A DNA stretch of 64,000 bases. Origin: Squalus acanthias (taxonomy: Eukaryota). This document shows, piece by piece, positions 50,182-62,328 of this stretch. Both the position numbers and the translations under genes were made by a program. Under the pieces are notes generated by a model. That model ran no database searches and had not been told where the DNA came from. It saw only the letters and a program-made list of their open reading frames with translations. The DNA lies in NCBI GenBank assembly GCA_030390025.1, contig CM059437.1, forward strand, positions 53,258,001-53,322,000. Direction: 5' to 3'. Every line of letters begins with the position of its first letter. Positions within the stretch are counted from its first letter, which is position 1.

Positions 50182-50620
50182 AATTATGAGGAGAGATTAC
50201 ACAAACTAGGGTTGTATTCCCTGGAATTTAGAAGACTATGGGGTGATTTGATCAAAGTTTTCAAGATTCTAATGGGAACTGATAGGGTAGATAGAGGGAA
50301 ACTATTTCCGCTGGTTGGGGAGTCTTGGACTAGGGGACATAGCCTAAAAATTAGAGCCAGATCTTTCAGGAGTGAAATTAGGAAACACTTCTACACGCAA
50401 AGGGTGGTAGAAGTTTGGAACTCTCTTCCGCAAATAGCAGTTGATGCTAAGTCAATTGTTAATTTTAAATCTGAGATTGATAGCTTTCTGTTAACCAAAG
50501 ATATTAAGGGATATGGGCCAAAGCTGGGTATATGGAGTTAGGCGACAGACCAGGCATGATCTCATTGAATGGCGGAACAGGCTCGAGGGGCTGAATAGCC
50601 TACTCCTGCTCCTATGTTCC
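50182..50620 (+). mobile_element. CR1 3' fragment in the last HIRA intron
   Basis: YSLEFRRLWGDLIKVFKI...FYTQRVVEVWNSLP, closely similar to 44990-45420. Confidence 0.9.
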
Positions 50621-50929
50621 ATATTGGGTGGCTACACCAGTGTCGCTACTCATGTAGAGGACAGCAATCTGCATCCTCACCTGCACCAAGGCCACCACTC
50701 CCATAACCACTGTCCCCTCGTTCTCAAATCCCTCCATATCCTTCCCAATCTTACAAATCTCCAGCCCTAGCTACCAGCACATACCCTCTACGCCTCTAAC
50801 ATCTACAGGTTACTCCTCACCCTCTTCACCTCACCATTGCTGGCCACATTTCCGGACACTACAGCCCTCTCTTCTGGAACTTCCGTCCTGGTTCCCTCTG
50901 CCTTTTCCCCACCCCTTTTCAAAAACTCC

Positions 50930-51310
50930 TCCTGCAGCATTCAATCCCTCACTCACAGTAACACTACAGACTGCAGCACCCAATCCCTCACTCACAGTAA
51001 CACTGCAGACTGCTGTATTCAATCCCTCACTCACAGTAACACTGCAGACTGCTGTATTCAATCCCTCACTCACAGTAATACTACAGACTGCAGCACTCAA
51101 TCTCTCACTCACAGTAACACTGCAGCACTCAATCCCTCACTCACAGTAACACTACAGACTGCAGCACTCAATCTCTCACTCACAGTAACACTGCAGCACT
51201 CAATCCCTCACTCACAGTAACACTACAGACTGCAGCACTCAATCTCTCACTCACAGTAACACTGCAGTACTCCATCCCTCACTCTCAGTAACACTGCAGC
51301 ACTCAATCTC
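50930..51310. repeat. Minisatellite, 39/30-bp units (TGCAGCACTCAATCCCTCACTCACAGTAACAC[TACAGAC])
   Basis: Direct tandem repetition, about 10 units. Confidence 0.9.
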
Positions 51311-52282
51311 CCACTCCTAATGGTGCAGTAGAGCTGGTCGGCCAGTCCTTCAGATAGCATTAAGCCCTTCACCTGCCTCTTCCCTTTTAGGCAGCCTGTA
51401 CACAGCAAATACTGCGCAAATGTGGATAAATGGAACAAATTAATTAATGGTCCATTTTTAGGGAGAAGTGATTTCCCGTGTTCCCTTGAAAGAGGATGAA
51501 CAACAGTTTTGATATGGTTAAAAACACCTGTACCAACTAATGGCGGCTGTGCCAGTGTACAGCAGCGCCTTATCCAGCAAAGAACGACGTTAATAAACCC
51601 AGGCTTCCTGGTGAAAAGGCTAAGACAGGAATCTTTCCTTTTTTCCTCTTCCCTCCCCCCCCACTCAAAATGTTCTCTTCTACCAAAGACACCAACACAT
51701 GCAGGAGCACGGTTCCATGCACATCAGCAGAACTCCAAGAGGCAATTCTTCATATGCGAGCCTGCACAGGGAGTTTCAACCATGGGGATGTCGCAGTCTT
51801 GATCCCAATGTCCACACATCTTTCCAGCAGGCTTAATGGTAACCGTCAGGTGCAGGACCCCTGACTGACTTTTCCCCTTCCTAGCCAAAGGTAATGGAGG
51901 TGACTTGTAACCCGCAGCACGGCCCTGCTGAGATCAGCTTACTCCGTACATGTATGGGAGTTTCCTAGTCTGTACATTCAGTACTACACTAGAGTGCAGC
52001 TGCTCACTGAACAAGACAAGATAAAACCCATGATAGTATACAGCAGCATTCTTGAAAATATGCAGATCAAATAGAATTGTACTGCTTGCAAGGTACTGGT
52101 CACATTCTGATTACGTCTGGGGATAAACTGCAGCCATACTCCAGTGTTTTAATGCTGTTATCGCGCACTGAAGATTTGTGCCTGAAGTGTTAATTTTTCT
52201 TTCTTTAAGCTGCTGACTACATTTTTAGAAGTTTATTTTTATCCTGAGTTTCTGGGGGTTTTTTTTTATTGAAAGTGCTTAC

Positions 52283-52371
52283 CAAGACAGTCGACTCCCA
52301 CTGGCTACTGGAAGAGTTGTGCACAGGGCCCAGCAAATCTTTGCACAGCTCTCTTAAGCGAGGCTCAAATC
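52283..52371 (-). CDS. HIRA: HIRA penultimate coding exon (89 bp)
   Basis: TTGCAG| (G)FEPRLRELCKDLLGPVHNSSSSQWESTVL |GTAAGC. Phases 1 and 0 fit the neighbouring exons. Confidence 0.97.
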
Positions 52372-52453
52372 CTGCAATCAGAAGCAACAGTCAGTGGAGT
52401 AGCTGCGCATGAATCGAATCACCGAATCAAGGAGACGCGAGAAGCTCTCCTAC

Positions 52454-52617
52454 CTTCGTTTACTAAATAGCGGGTGTAGATGAGAAGCCAGTGACGGTAT
52501 TCCTGGCTGGATTTTAGCGTCATTGCAGCCGCAACCTGATTCTCCAGATAGGCCAGCGTTGTCCCTCGCTGTAAGAAGTGGGGCATCGAGGAGAGTCTGG
52601 CAGCCTGGCGTCCAGCA
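52454..52617 (-). CDS. HIRA: HIRA coding exon (164 bp)
   Basis: TTTTCTAG| (N)AGRQAARLSSMPHFLQRGTTLAYLENQVAAAMTLKSSQEYRHWLLIYTRYLVNE(G) |GTAGG. Confidence 0.97.
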
Positions 52618-52714
52618 CTAGAAAACGCAAAGATCGCCTTTACAGCACGACAACAGTGAAAGGACAGCCTAGGCACAAAGTGAGCTGCAGGCATAGTAGC
52701 AACGTCCTTTTACA

Positions 52715-53020
52715 TAGAATTACATAGAATTTACAACACAGAAACAGGCCAACTGGTCTATATCGGTGTTTATGCTCCACACGAGCCTCCTCCCACCTTA
52801 CTTCATCGAACCCCATCAGCATAACCTGCTATTCCTTTCTTCCTCGTGTACTTATCTAGCTTCCCCTTAAATGCATCTATGCTATTTGCCTCAACTACTG
52901 CATGTGGTAGCGAGTACCACATTCTAACCACTCTCTGGATAAATAAGTTTCTCCTGAATTCCTTACTGAATTTATTAGTGACTATCTTATATTCATGACT
53001 TTCAGTTTTGGACACACAAG
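52715..53020 (-). mobile_element. CR1 3' tail fragment
   Basis: FRRNLFIQRVVRMWYSLPHAVVEANSIDAFKGKLD and (ACATAGAATT) tail repeats. Confidence 0.85.
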
Positions 53021-53839
53021 TGTCAAAATGTTTAACAACATTGAAAGTTTTATTGAAACACATGGTTCTTTCAGCCCGGATCACCCTGCAATCAATGCAG
53101 ACAAGAGAACAAGTACTGAACACTGAGAAGAACTAATAGGGCTTGGTACAAGAAGTGCTCCAACCAATACAAAGTTTTGGAAGGAACAAATTTGGCCAAT
53201 TCCCAGACTTTCTCAGCTGTAATAGATGGAATGGAGAATGGGGCAGTGCCGCCGACTACCACAGAGACCTCATGCTCCCTAGAAATGGGGATAAGTGCCT
53301 TAAATGTCAGTATTGTTGAACAGGCACAGGACGCTGGACCTGGGGAGTATAAAACCATAACTCTCACAGTGGCACAATACTGGGGCAGGAGCAGGGCGGG
53401 GTGTTCTGTGCAGGGGAGGACATGCACCGGGTACTCCAACCATAACCAGCGAGAACAGACCAAAAACACTCACAATACAAATGCATAAACAATATTTTGA
53501 CGGAGTGACAGAAAATAAAAGCACAGCACCACCTATGCAATATTCTTTTGTATCCTATTGCACAGCTTGCCGAGGTGCTAGGTCCCTTCAGGAAGCTGCT
53601 GCTAACTTTACAGTTTCGGGAATTGCATGCATGTGTGTACACAATACAGATCAAACTACGAACCGTTTCAATCACGGAGTGAACCACGGGGAATAAAAGT
53701 GATCACTCTTGCGGAAAATATATTGCAATAATGTTTCTAAATCAGCAACTTCGGAAAGGTTAATAAATGAATTCAAACAGCTCTATGCAACTTGTCCCTT
53801 TATCCCACTGATGGATGGATCAGCAATTCTGGCACTTAC

Positions 53840-53962
53840 TTTATCCCACAGCCCTGCACTGTAGCCAGGGGACCCGAGCACAACATGGCCTCCTGAGAAG
53901 TTAAACAACTGCGGTAATCCGCACACTGAACCAGTGAATCCTGCTTATCCGAGATCAAATTC
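53840..53962 (-). CDS. HIRA: HIRA coding exon (123 bp)
   Basis: TTTTTCAG| (W)NLISDKQDSLVQCADYRSCLTSQEAMLCSGPLATVQGCGI(N) |GTAAGT. Phase 2/2. Confidence 0.97.
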
Positions 53963-54089
53963 CTGAAAAACAAAGCAATCCACATGAGACAAAAGGCCTG
54001 GAGGAGGAGGACAGTGGTCGAGTTTACTGGACTGCCCATATCATCCCTCATTTGGTGTCAGATAATTGTAAATTCGCAAAGGATGTGAA

Positions 54090-54515
54090 AGAAAAAAAAC
54101 GACTTGCATTTATATAGTGCCTTTCACGACCACAGGACGTCTCAAAGCACTTTACAGTCAATGAAGTACTTTTGAAGCGGAGTCACTGTTATAATGTAGG
54201 AAATGCGGCAGCCAATTTGCGCACAGCAAGGTCCCACAAACAGCAACGTGATAATGACCAGATAATCTGTTTTTTGTTAACTCCCCTACGCTGCTTCGAA
54301 ATAGTGCTATGGGATCTTTTACGTCCACCTGAGAGAGCAGACGGGGCCTCGGGTTAACGTCTCATCCGAAAGACGGCACATCCGACAGTGCAGCACTCCC
54401 TCAGCACTGCACTGGAGTGTCAGCCTAGCTTTATGTGCTCAAATCCCGGAGTGAGACTTGAACCCACAACCTTCTGACTCAGAGTTGAGTGTGCTACCAA
54501 CTGAGCCACAACTGA
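54090..54515 (-). mobile_element. Deu-domain SINE with tRNA-like head
   Basis: Minus strand GTGGCTCAGTTGG A-box and GGTTCAAGTC B-box, Deu core, L2-like tail. Confidence 0.88.
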
Positions 54516-55264
54516 CAAAGTTACCTACAAAGCGGTGGAAAGTAACCTACAAAGATCAGAAGCTTCAGTCACACAAATAGATCACTGCATAGGAGTCTGC
54601 CCTCTGCCTGTATACGGTGGCTGTATTATTTTTCCCGTAATGAATAACCGGGCAGTAACGTTAACTTTGTCATCTCACTGGTACTTATTCTGGGTTGCAT
54701 CAATACTTATTTGGTAGGACCAGGCCCTCCATGGGACAATGCATTTCCTGTCAACTTATCACAGAATACTGACAGCCCTGGAGTACAGTGTGGCTCTTGA
54801 GAGCTGAGTGTGGTGGCAATACAGGAATTTTCATTCCAATTATTTGTGACCCATGCACTACACCCGGATTTATCTGGTCTTCTCTTTTACTCTTTTCAAG
54901 CTTGGTAGTGACCTGCTCCAGGGACATCAACAATTCACTTTGGGGACGGGGTACACGCACACACACACTCGCAAGGCTATTGTGAAGTGAACACCCAATT
55001 ACATGAAAAGTAATCTGCTCCCTTAGCCCACACTGATCAGAATAGTTGGCACGTCCCACTTCCAACTGGAACGACGCGCGAGTTCAAACTGGCAAACATT
55101 TCATGGCAGCTACCAGCTGCTGTCATTGCCAGGCTGTTTTAAACAGACTCGTCCCGTCCTGTACTTTAACAAGTTGCAACAAACCTTGGAAAATCCCGCT
55201 AGGGTTTCCTATTGTTGACGCGGGTCACAGTAAGAAACCCAGCTAGTGCTGCCCCTTTAAATGT

Positions 55265-55400
55265 TAGAACATAAGAAATAGGAGCAGGAATAGGCCACTT
55301 GGCCCCTCGAGCCTGCTCCGCCATTCAATAAGATCATGGCTGATCTTGGGCTCAAAGCCACTTCCCCGCCCGCTCCCCATAACCCTTCACTCCCTTAAGT
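55265..55400 (-). mobile_element. CR1 3' tail
   Basis: AGAACATAAGAAATAGGAGCAGGA... Confidence 0.8.
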
Positions 55401-56289
55401 TAGTACTTGTTTTCAGCTATCTGGAATAAAAACAATATTTAATGACAAACACACACTGTACAGAAAAAGACAGTTCAGCCCCGACACAATCAAGTTATTT
55501 GCATATGATAATCCAATAGTGTTCTGCACTAGACACCTTTGGAAGAGGCCATGGCGTGGATTGGCGTCTGTACATTATGGGATGTACGCAGCCGCACAGT
55601 ATGCTGGTCCTTCCTCTGTGTATATCCGGAGTGGTGCAACTATGCAGAAAGGCCGGTTTGTTATCTTTACAAACAGCACCAGTACTCTGCCCGCAAAATA
55701 GATTGTTTATACCAAGGGGAACTCCCAAGCACACAAAATATCTAAATCGGATTTTAAAAATACTCCAATGCGCTATTTATGAACTGTCTGACTGCTGGGT
55801 TGGTCTATTTGAAAGTACAGGCAGTTTGGTTACACTTCCCCAGTTAGTCAAATCAGTTAAATTGGTTTCAGTCACATATTTCCAGATCTGCTTAGGTTTA
55901 TTAATCACAAGATTCACAGAATGCATATTAAAATGATTAACAATGCATTAAAAAAAATCTCCTTAAAGAAGCCTAAAAGATGATTTGTTCCGACCATTCT
56001 GACACCACTTGAGGAATTGGGCTGTGCCCACGAGGCAGCTACACAATGACCATGTACACTGAAGAGCTACAGCACAAACGTTCCTACTGAAGAGGATTGG
56101 GCCAAAGGCAGTCTGTCACCCGGGAAGAGGGGGGGGGGGGGGGGGGGGCTTTCTTCCTAATGAAATGGTCATGGTATGACTCACCAGTCTGTCCATCGTT
56201 GTCCCATGAGCACTCAGAGGAGCCACATTGCACCGATCTGCATCGAGTCTCTGAATCCAAATCAACGATCAAAAGGGAATTGGATATAA

Positions 56290-57312
56290 ACTTGGTAACT
56301 AGTGGGGTGCCACAGGGATCGGTGCTGGGGCCTCAACTATTTACAATCTATATTAATGATTTGGATGATGGGACCGAGTGTAATGTAGCCAAGTTTGCGG
56401 ATGATACAAAGATGGATGGGAAAGTAAGTTGTGCAGAGGACTCAAAGAATCTGCAAAGGGATATAGACAGGCTAAGTGAGTGGGCAAACATTTGGCAGAT
56501 GGAGTATAATGTGGGAAAGTGCGAAGTTATCCACTTTGGCAGGAAAAATAAAAAAGCAAATTATTATTTAAATGGAGAGAGATTACAAAATCCTACAGTT
56601 CAGAGGGACCTGGTGGTCCTTGTGCATGAAGCACAAAAAGTTATCATGCAGGTACAGCAAGTAATCAAAAAGGCAAATGGAATGTTGGCCTTTATTTCAA
56701 AGGGGTAGGAGTATAAAAGCAGGGAAGCCCTGCTACAACTGTACAGGGTATTGATGAGACCACACCTTGAGTACTGCGTACAGTTTTGGTCTCCTTATTT
56801 AAGGAAGGATATACTTGCATTGGAGGCAGTTCAGAGACGATTCACTAGGTTAATTCCAGAGATGAGGGGGTTGACTTAGGAGGAAAGGTTGAGCAGGTTG
56901 GGCCTATACTCATTGGAATTTAGAAGAATGAGAGGTGATCTTATTGAAACATATAAGATACTGAGGGGGCTCGACAAGGTAGATGCAGAGAGGATGTTTC
57001 CCCTCGTGGGGAAATCTGGAACACGGGGGCATAGTTTCAGAATAAAGGGTCGCCCTTTTAGAACTGAGATGAGGAGGAATTTCTTCTCTCGGAGGGTCGT
57101 AAATCTGTAGAATTCTCTGCCTCAGAGAGCTGTGGAGGCTGGTTCATTAAATACATTTAAGGTGGAGATAGACAGACTTTTGCAAGATAAGGGAGTGAAG
57201 GGTTATGGGGAGTGGGCAGGGAAGTGGCTTTGAGCCCAAGATCAGCCATGATCTTATTGAATGGCGGAGCAGGCTCGAGGGGCCTATTCCTGCTCATTGT
57301 TCTTATGTTCTT
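56290..57312 (+). mobile_element. CR1 LINE 3' part
   Basis: [29 protein letters not shown], and 3' UTR with TCTTATG tail. Confidence 0.93.
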
Positions 57313-57624
57313 AGTCTGGTAAATACAGTCCTAACTTTTCAAGTCCGCTCTGATCCCTGCATTCGAGCAAATCCAAAACTGCATCTTTCCATGGCTTCAC
57401 TGTCCTTTCTATAATGGGAGCACCCAATACGTGGCGAGACTTGGTAGTGGAGTTGGATTTATATAATTCACTCAGCCTGCTGGTCGGCATGTTCTGATAC
57501 CACTTGTGGTTTCATTTTTGGCAAGCTACTGAGCCCCGTGGTAAATCTTCCACTTGAAACCGCGTAACATGCTAGTATTCACTCATCCCTCACTACATTA
57601 ATTTGTTACTGTGCTAAAAAAACT

Positions 57625-58190
57625 GCCACTTTTACGGTGCATTTAATGTAATAGAACATCCCAAATTGCCTCGCAGAGATGACAACCGGATACTGTGCGG
57701 TGATGTGAGGTAACTGAAGGCACGGTCAAAGAAGAGGCTTTTGAAGGAGGGGAGAGAGACAACAAGGTGTAAGGGTGTTGGTAGAGCTTTCCAGACTGCG
57801 GAGCAGAGGAAGCTGAAGGTATTGGCACCAAACATGGACTGCAGGGGGGAAGCAAAGGACGCTAGCGCCGGAAGAGCGGAGGGCACATGCTGACACATCA
57901 GGATGGAGGAGCTTGCAAGATGGGGGATGTGGAAAGTCGTGGAGGGACTCGCAAATGACAACAAAGATTTTGAATCTGATGCATTGTGGGAACGGGGAAC
58001 CAATGGGCGGTAAGGGGACGGGACTCTGTGCAGGTGGCAGGGTTTTGGACAGTTGCAGTTTATGAAGGAGAAAATTCGGGAAATCAGCGAGGACAGGATT
58101 GAAGTAATAGAGCCTAGAGGTGACAAAGGTACAAATAAGGGTTTTGGGGGTGGTGGGAGCGAGGTAAGAGAGAAAGCAGGCAATATTGTG
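57625..58190 (-). mobile_element. Old L2 LINE 3' fragment
   Basis: FSFLCSAVWKALPTPL..SLPSFKSL..FDRAF, typical of the L2 ORF2 end, plus tail. Confidence 0.65.
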
Positions 58191-58213
58191 TTAAGGAAAC
58201 ATGCCGTCTAGAT

Positions 58214-59906
58214 CAGGTGGCCAATTATTTGGGCTGGAGAGCCAAATAACAAGTTTTGGTGCGCTGTTGAGGGCCGCACACCAATGTTCCCGTTAAGCTG
58301 CACGGTCACACAGCGGTCTGGAGATCCCACGCAGGCCAGTTAGCAGCTTTTAAATTAATAGCTGTGTAATTAGTACAGTAATGAGCACAATTAAATTGCT
58401 CACCAATTGCCGAACAAGCAGAGGGTGTTACGTTAGTGAATAAATCTGTTTATTTATACTAACTGATGAATAGCAAATTAATTATCAGTGTTAAATAAAT
58501 AAATGAGATTATTTAAAATGCTAATTAGTAAACAAAAATCAGTTTTGCATTAATTAGTTAGTTGGTAGTTAATAACTGGTAAACAGGTATCATCCATCAG
58601 TCACCCCATCACTGGAAGTTTGAGATGGGGGGATGGATAATGGGGAGGGGGGGGTGGGATGGATGATGGGGAGGGGGGAGGTTGGAGGTTGGATGATGGG
58701 GAGGGGGGAGGTGGGGGGAGATGGGGAATGGGGAGAGCTGGGCTGGGGGGGGGGGGGGAGAGCTGGGCTGGGGGGGGGGGGGGGGGGGGGGGAGAGCTGG
58801 GCTGGGGGGGGGGGGGGGGGGGGAGAGCTGGGCTGGGGGGGGGGAGAGCTGGGCTGGGGGGGGAGAGCTGGGGCTGGGGGGGGGAGAGCTGGGCTGGGGG
58901 GGGAGAGCTGGGCTGGGGGGGGGGGGAGAGCTGGGCTGGGGGGGGGGAGAGCTGGGCTGGGGGGGGGGGGGGGGGAGAGCTGGGCTGGGGGGGGGAAGAG
59001 CTGGGCTGGGGGGGGAAGAGCTGGGCTGGGGGGGGAAGAGCTGGGCTGGGGGGGGAAGAGCTGGGCTGGGGGGGGGAAGAGCTGGGCTGGGGGGGGGAAG
59101 AGCTGGGCTGGGGGGGGAAGAGCTGGGCTGGGGGGGGAAGAGCTGGGCTGGGGGGGGAAGAGCTGGGCTGGGGGGGGGAAGAGCTGGGCTGGGGGGGGAA
59201 GAGCTGGGCTGGGGGGGGAAGAGCTGGGCTGGGGGGGGAAGAGCTGGGCTGGGGGGGGAGAGCTGGGCTGGGGGGGGGAGAGCTGGGCTGGGGGGGGGAG
59301 AGCTGGGCTGGGGGGGGAGAGCTGGGCTGGGGGGGGAGAGCTGGGCTGGGGGGGAGAGCTGGGCTGGGGGGGAGAGCTGGGCTGGGGGGGGGAGAGCTGG
59401 GCTGGGGGGGGGGAGAGCTGGGCTGGGGGGGGAGAGCTGGGCTGGGGGGGGAGAGCTGGGCTGGGGGGGGAGAGCTGGGCTGGGGGGGAGGGCTGGGCTG
59501 GGGGGGAGGGCTGGGCTGGGGGGGGAGGGCTGGGGAGGGATGGGGTGAGCTGGGCTGGGGGGGGGGATGGGGTGAGCTGGGCTGGGGGGGGATGGGGTGA
59601 GCTGGGCTGGGGGGGGATGGGGTGAGCTGGGCTGGGGGGGGATGGGGTGAGCTGGGCTGGGGGGGGATGGGGTGAGCTGGGCTGGGGGGGGATGGGGTGA
59701 GCTGGGCTGGGGGGGGATGGGGTGAGCTGGGCTGGGCAGTGAGGGGGGGGGGGGTGAGTTCGGGGGGAGGCGGTCCTTCGAAGGGGGGAAATGAGGGGGT
59801 AGGAGTGAGGGCCTGGGCTGGGGGGCGAGCTGTGCCTGCGCTCTCCCTGCTGCTGCACTCACCACCAGATCATGGGCCACTAGTGGGGAATGGGGGGAGC
59901 TGGGCT

Positions 59907-59941
<35 letters not shown>

Positions 59942-61481
59942 GAGGCGGGCTGGGGGGGGGGGGAGAGGCGGGCTGGGGGGGGGGGGGGGGAGAGCTGGGC
60001 TGGGGGGGGGGGGGGGGGGGGAGAGCTGGGCTGGGGGGGGGGGGGGGGAGAGCTGGGCTGGGGGGGGGGGAGAGCTGGGCTGGGGGGGGAAGAGCTGGGC
60101 TGGGGGGGAGAGCTGGGCTGGGGGGGAGAGCTGGGCTGGGGGGAGAGCTGGGCTGGGGTGAGCTGGGCTGGGCAGTGAGGGGGGGGGGGGTGAGTTCGGG
60201 GGGAGGCGGTCCTTCGAAGGGGGGAAATGAGGGGGTAGGAGTGAGGGCCTGGGCTGGGGGGCGAGCTGTGCCTGCGCTCTCCCTGCTGCTGCACTCACCA
60301 CCAGATCATGGGCCACGCTGCCGTCAGTAAAAGGCCCTCCCCCTCCCCCAGGGGGACGGGGCCCAATGTATCCCACAGAAGACTGAAAACTTTCTGCAAT
60401 ATGGGTACAAACTTGCGCATTCTCTAAAATGGCACACTGAGCAACAGTGATTAATATCACACCGACCAGTCAAAATGGCACTCATGTTGGTTGGTCACTG
60501 AAACAAATGATGCTGAAACTATAGCTGATGTGTTCCCAATGAAGTAAAAAGTCCCAAACTCCCAGAAAGTCTTCTGCAAAGTCACTTTCATACAGTGTGA
60601 CACGGACTGCAGCTTTACTACATTAATGTTCTGGGATTGATAGTTGCACTGGGAGCATCGGAGTTCTACGGTGGACTGTGCATGGCTACAAATCAACATC
60701 AGTGCTGCCATGAGCACGGTGTCCAGCCATGGTTACACATACGTGCATGGCTCTGCTGCCAGAAATCAAAGTTGAAATGTTGAGAGAGTGGGCACGGGCT
60801 CCCAAACTCTCAAAGCATTAAAAAAAAAGCTTTCTCCTTCAGTTTATAATATGCTCAGGTAAACGGAATCCCTCAGCACATTTTAAACTCGGCCGTACAT
60901 CACATTGGAGTTTCAATCCATACACTCCAGAAGCAGAGGGAACCCGACTTTGGAGTTACATCACCACTTTTGCAGTAACTCTCAGTTAGAGCGGTGCAAA
61001 AGTGAAGCATTAAGGCACCCCACTGAGAAACAGCTTACACGTTTTGACTAAAATTAGAGTGCAGTGGGATTGATGATCCCGGCCGCCAGTCTCCATATCT
61101 TGGCCTCCCAACACGAATAGGGAGTGCTGCCCCATATAACATTTAGGGTTGTGGAACAATTCAGGAGCTACAAATTCCATTGCAGAAAATTTCTCTTTTC
61201 TGGACACACTGGTTTGACGCAAAAGTTTAAGGCTCAGACTTATCAGAAGAAGCAAATCTCAGTTACTGTGCTGGAATAATTCACCTTAATCCTGATCGGA
61301 AGATCTTTTGCAGCTATCGAAAGGGCCCTGCTGCCTCGCAGACAATAACCCGGCTCCTGACGTTATGTGGGGCGGGGTCAGGCACAGCAGACGTTTGGCC
61401 TCGAAGCCAGGCCTTGGCAGGCCAGATTGAATTCATTGGCGGGCTGGATACAGCTCGCGGGCCGTATTTTGCCCGCCACTG
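58214..61481. mobile_element. hAT (Charlie/Buster-type) DNA transposon in a HIRA intron
   Basis: Termini CAGGTGGCCAA / TTGCCCGCCACTG, 8-bp TSD GTCTAGAT (58206-58213) / GTCTAAAT (61482-61489), subterminal GGGCCG motifs. Weak dimerisation-domain-like remnant in ORF 60457-60717 (-). Confidence 0.8.
58625..60316 (+). repeat. G-rich minisatellite of (GAGCTGGGCT-Gn) units with an internal ~160-bp duplication
   Basis: About 55 AGCT-containing units by manual count. Sub-arrays GAAGAGCTGGGCT-Gn and GATGGGGTGAGCTGGGCT-Gn. ~59720-59880 is repeated at ~60155-60316. Confidence 0.95.
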
Positions 61482-61576
61482 GTCTAAATAGTGAACTGAA
61501 TCTGGGTTTGAAGCTCAGCTCTCAAGGTCAAGCAGACACCAAGGTTGTGCACCATCAGGCTCACCTTGAGTAAGCA

Positions 61577-61684
61577 AAAGTGAGAAGTCGCACAACACCA
61601 GGTTATAGTCCAACAGTTTTATTTGAAATCACAAGCTTTCGGAGCTGCTGCTCCTTCGTCAGTCCAACACCGGCATCTCCGCAT
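61577..61684. mobile_element. Penelope-like short insert with inversion and hammerhead motif
   Basis: 12-bp TSD CTTGAGTAAGCA (61565-61576, 61685-61696). Minus strand CTGACGA-AGGAGCAGCAGCTCC-GAAAGCTT-GTG, joined to the inverted 3' end TCCAACACCGGCATCTCCGCAT. Confidence 0.85.
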
Positions 61685-61699
61685 CTTGAGTAAGCAGGT

Positions 61700-61823
61700 A
61701 GGGAAGGGGGATCGGGCAGGAAAGTGGAGTTGAGATGGAAGATCAGCCATGATTTTATTGAATGGCGGAGCAGGCTCAAAGAGCCGTATGGCCTACTCCT
61801 GCTGCTAATTCTTATGTTCTTAT
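61700..61823 (+). mobile_element. CR1 3' tail
   Basis: GATCAGCCATGAT...GAATGGCGGAGCAGGCTC...TCTTATGTTCTTATG. Confidence 0.8.
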
Positions 61824-62328
61824 GGGATGGAAACAGGCTCTTGGGTGAAGAATATTTTGTGGGAGCCAGGTTGGCTTCAGTCTCTCCAACATGTAGTTGA
61901 AGAAAGTTCTTTTCACCTATGACATGATGGCAGATAACAGTCGGACAACCGCAGTGGTGGTTGTGGAGTCAAGGATGGTGGCGACAAGGTACAGCATTCA
62001 TGTGAAAGCTGGCCCCATTCCCAGAATGATGCTACCAATGGGCAGGATGTAGAGCCTTGGGCACATCCATGTTGGGTAGGAAGAGAAGTCATTGCAGCAG
62101 CTGTGCTGGCTACGTTGGGACAGGTGACTGATGGTAAAGGACAAGAGTGACAACTACAACACAGGAGCACTGTATGGAACCCTCTCTCCCTTCCCTTTAC
62201 TGACCCACAACAACCCCCACCACCATGCAGTTATTTGTTCCTCCAATTAAAAAAAAATACAAACTGTGCCCATCCGCAGAGTGTCAGGCGAGATTCACCT
62301 TTTGACCAATCAAACTTTAATTCCTTAC

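Noticed and set aside
50930-51310. CACAGTA here and CACAGCA in the 62.5-kb array as cryptic RSS arrays
   Set aside because: No nonamer at 12- or 23-bp spacing.
52419-54051. ORF-track proteins 52419-52694 and 53836-54051 as standalone genes
   Set aside because: Each is a HIRA exon plus intronic read-through. The splice phases join consistently.
54440-54515. tRNA gene
   Set aside because: The A and B boxes belong to the head of a SINE that continues into the Deu core and tail.
58590-60460. Long Pro-rich and Gly-rich ORFs (up to 561 aa)
   Set aside because: By-products of a stop-free G-rich minisatellite that is open in most frames, inside a HIRA intron.
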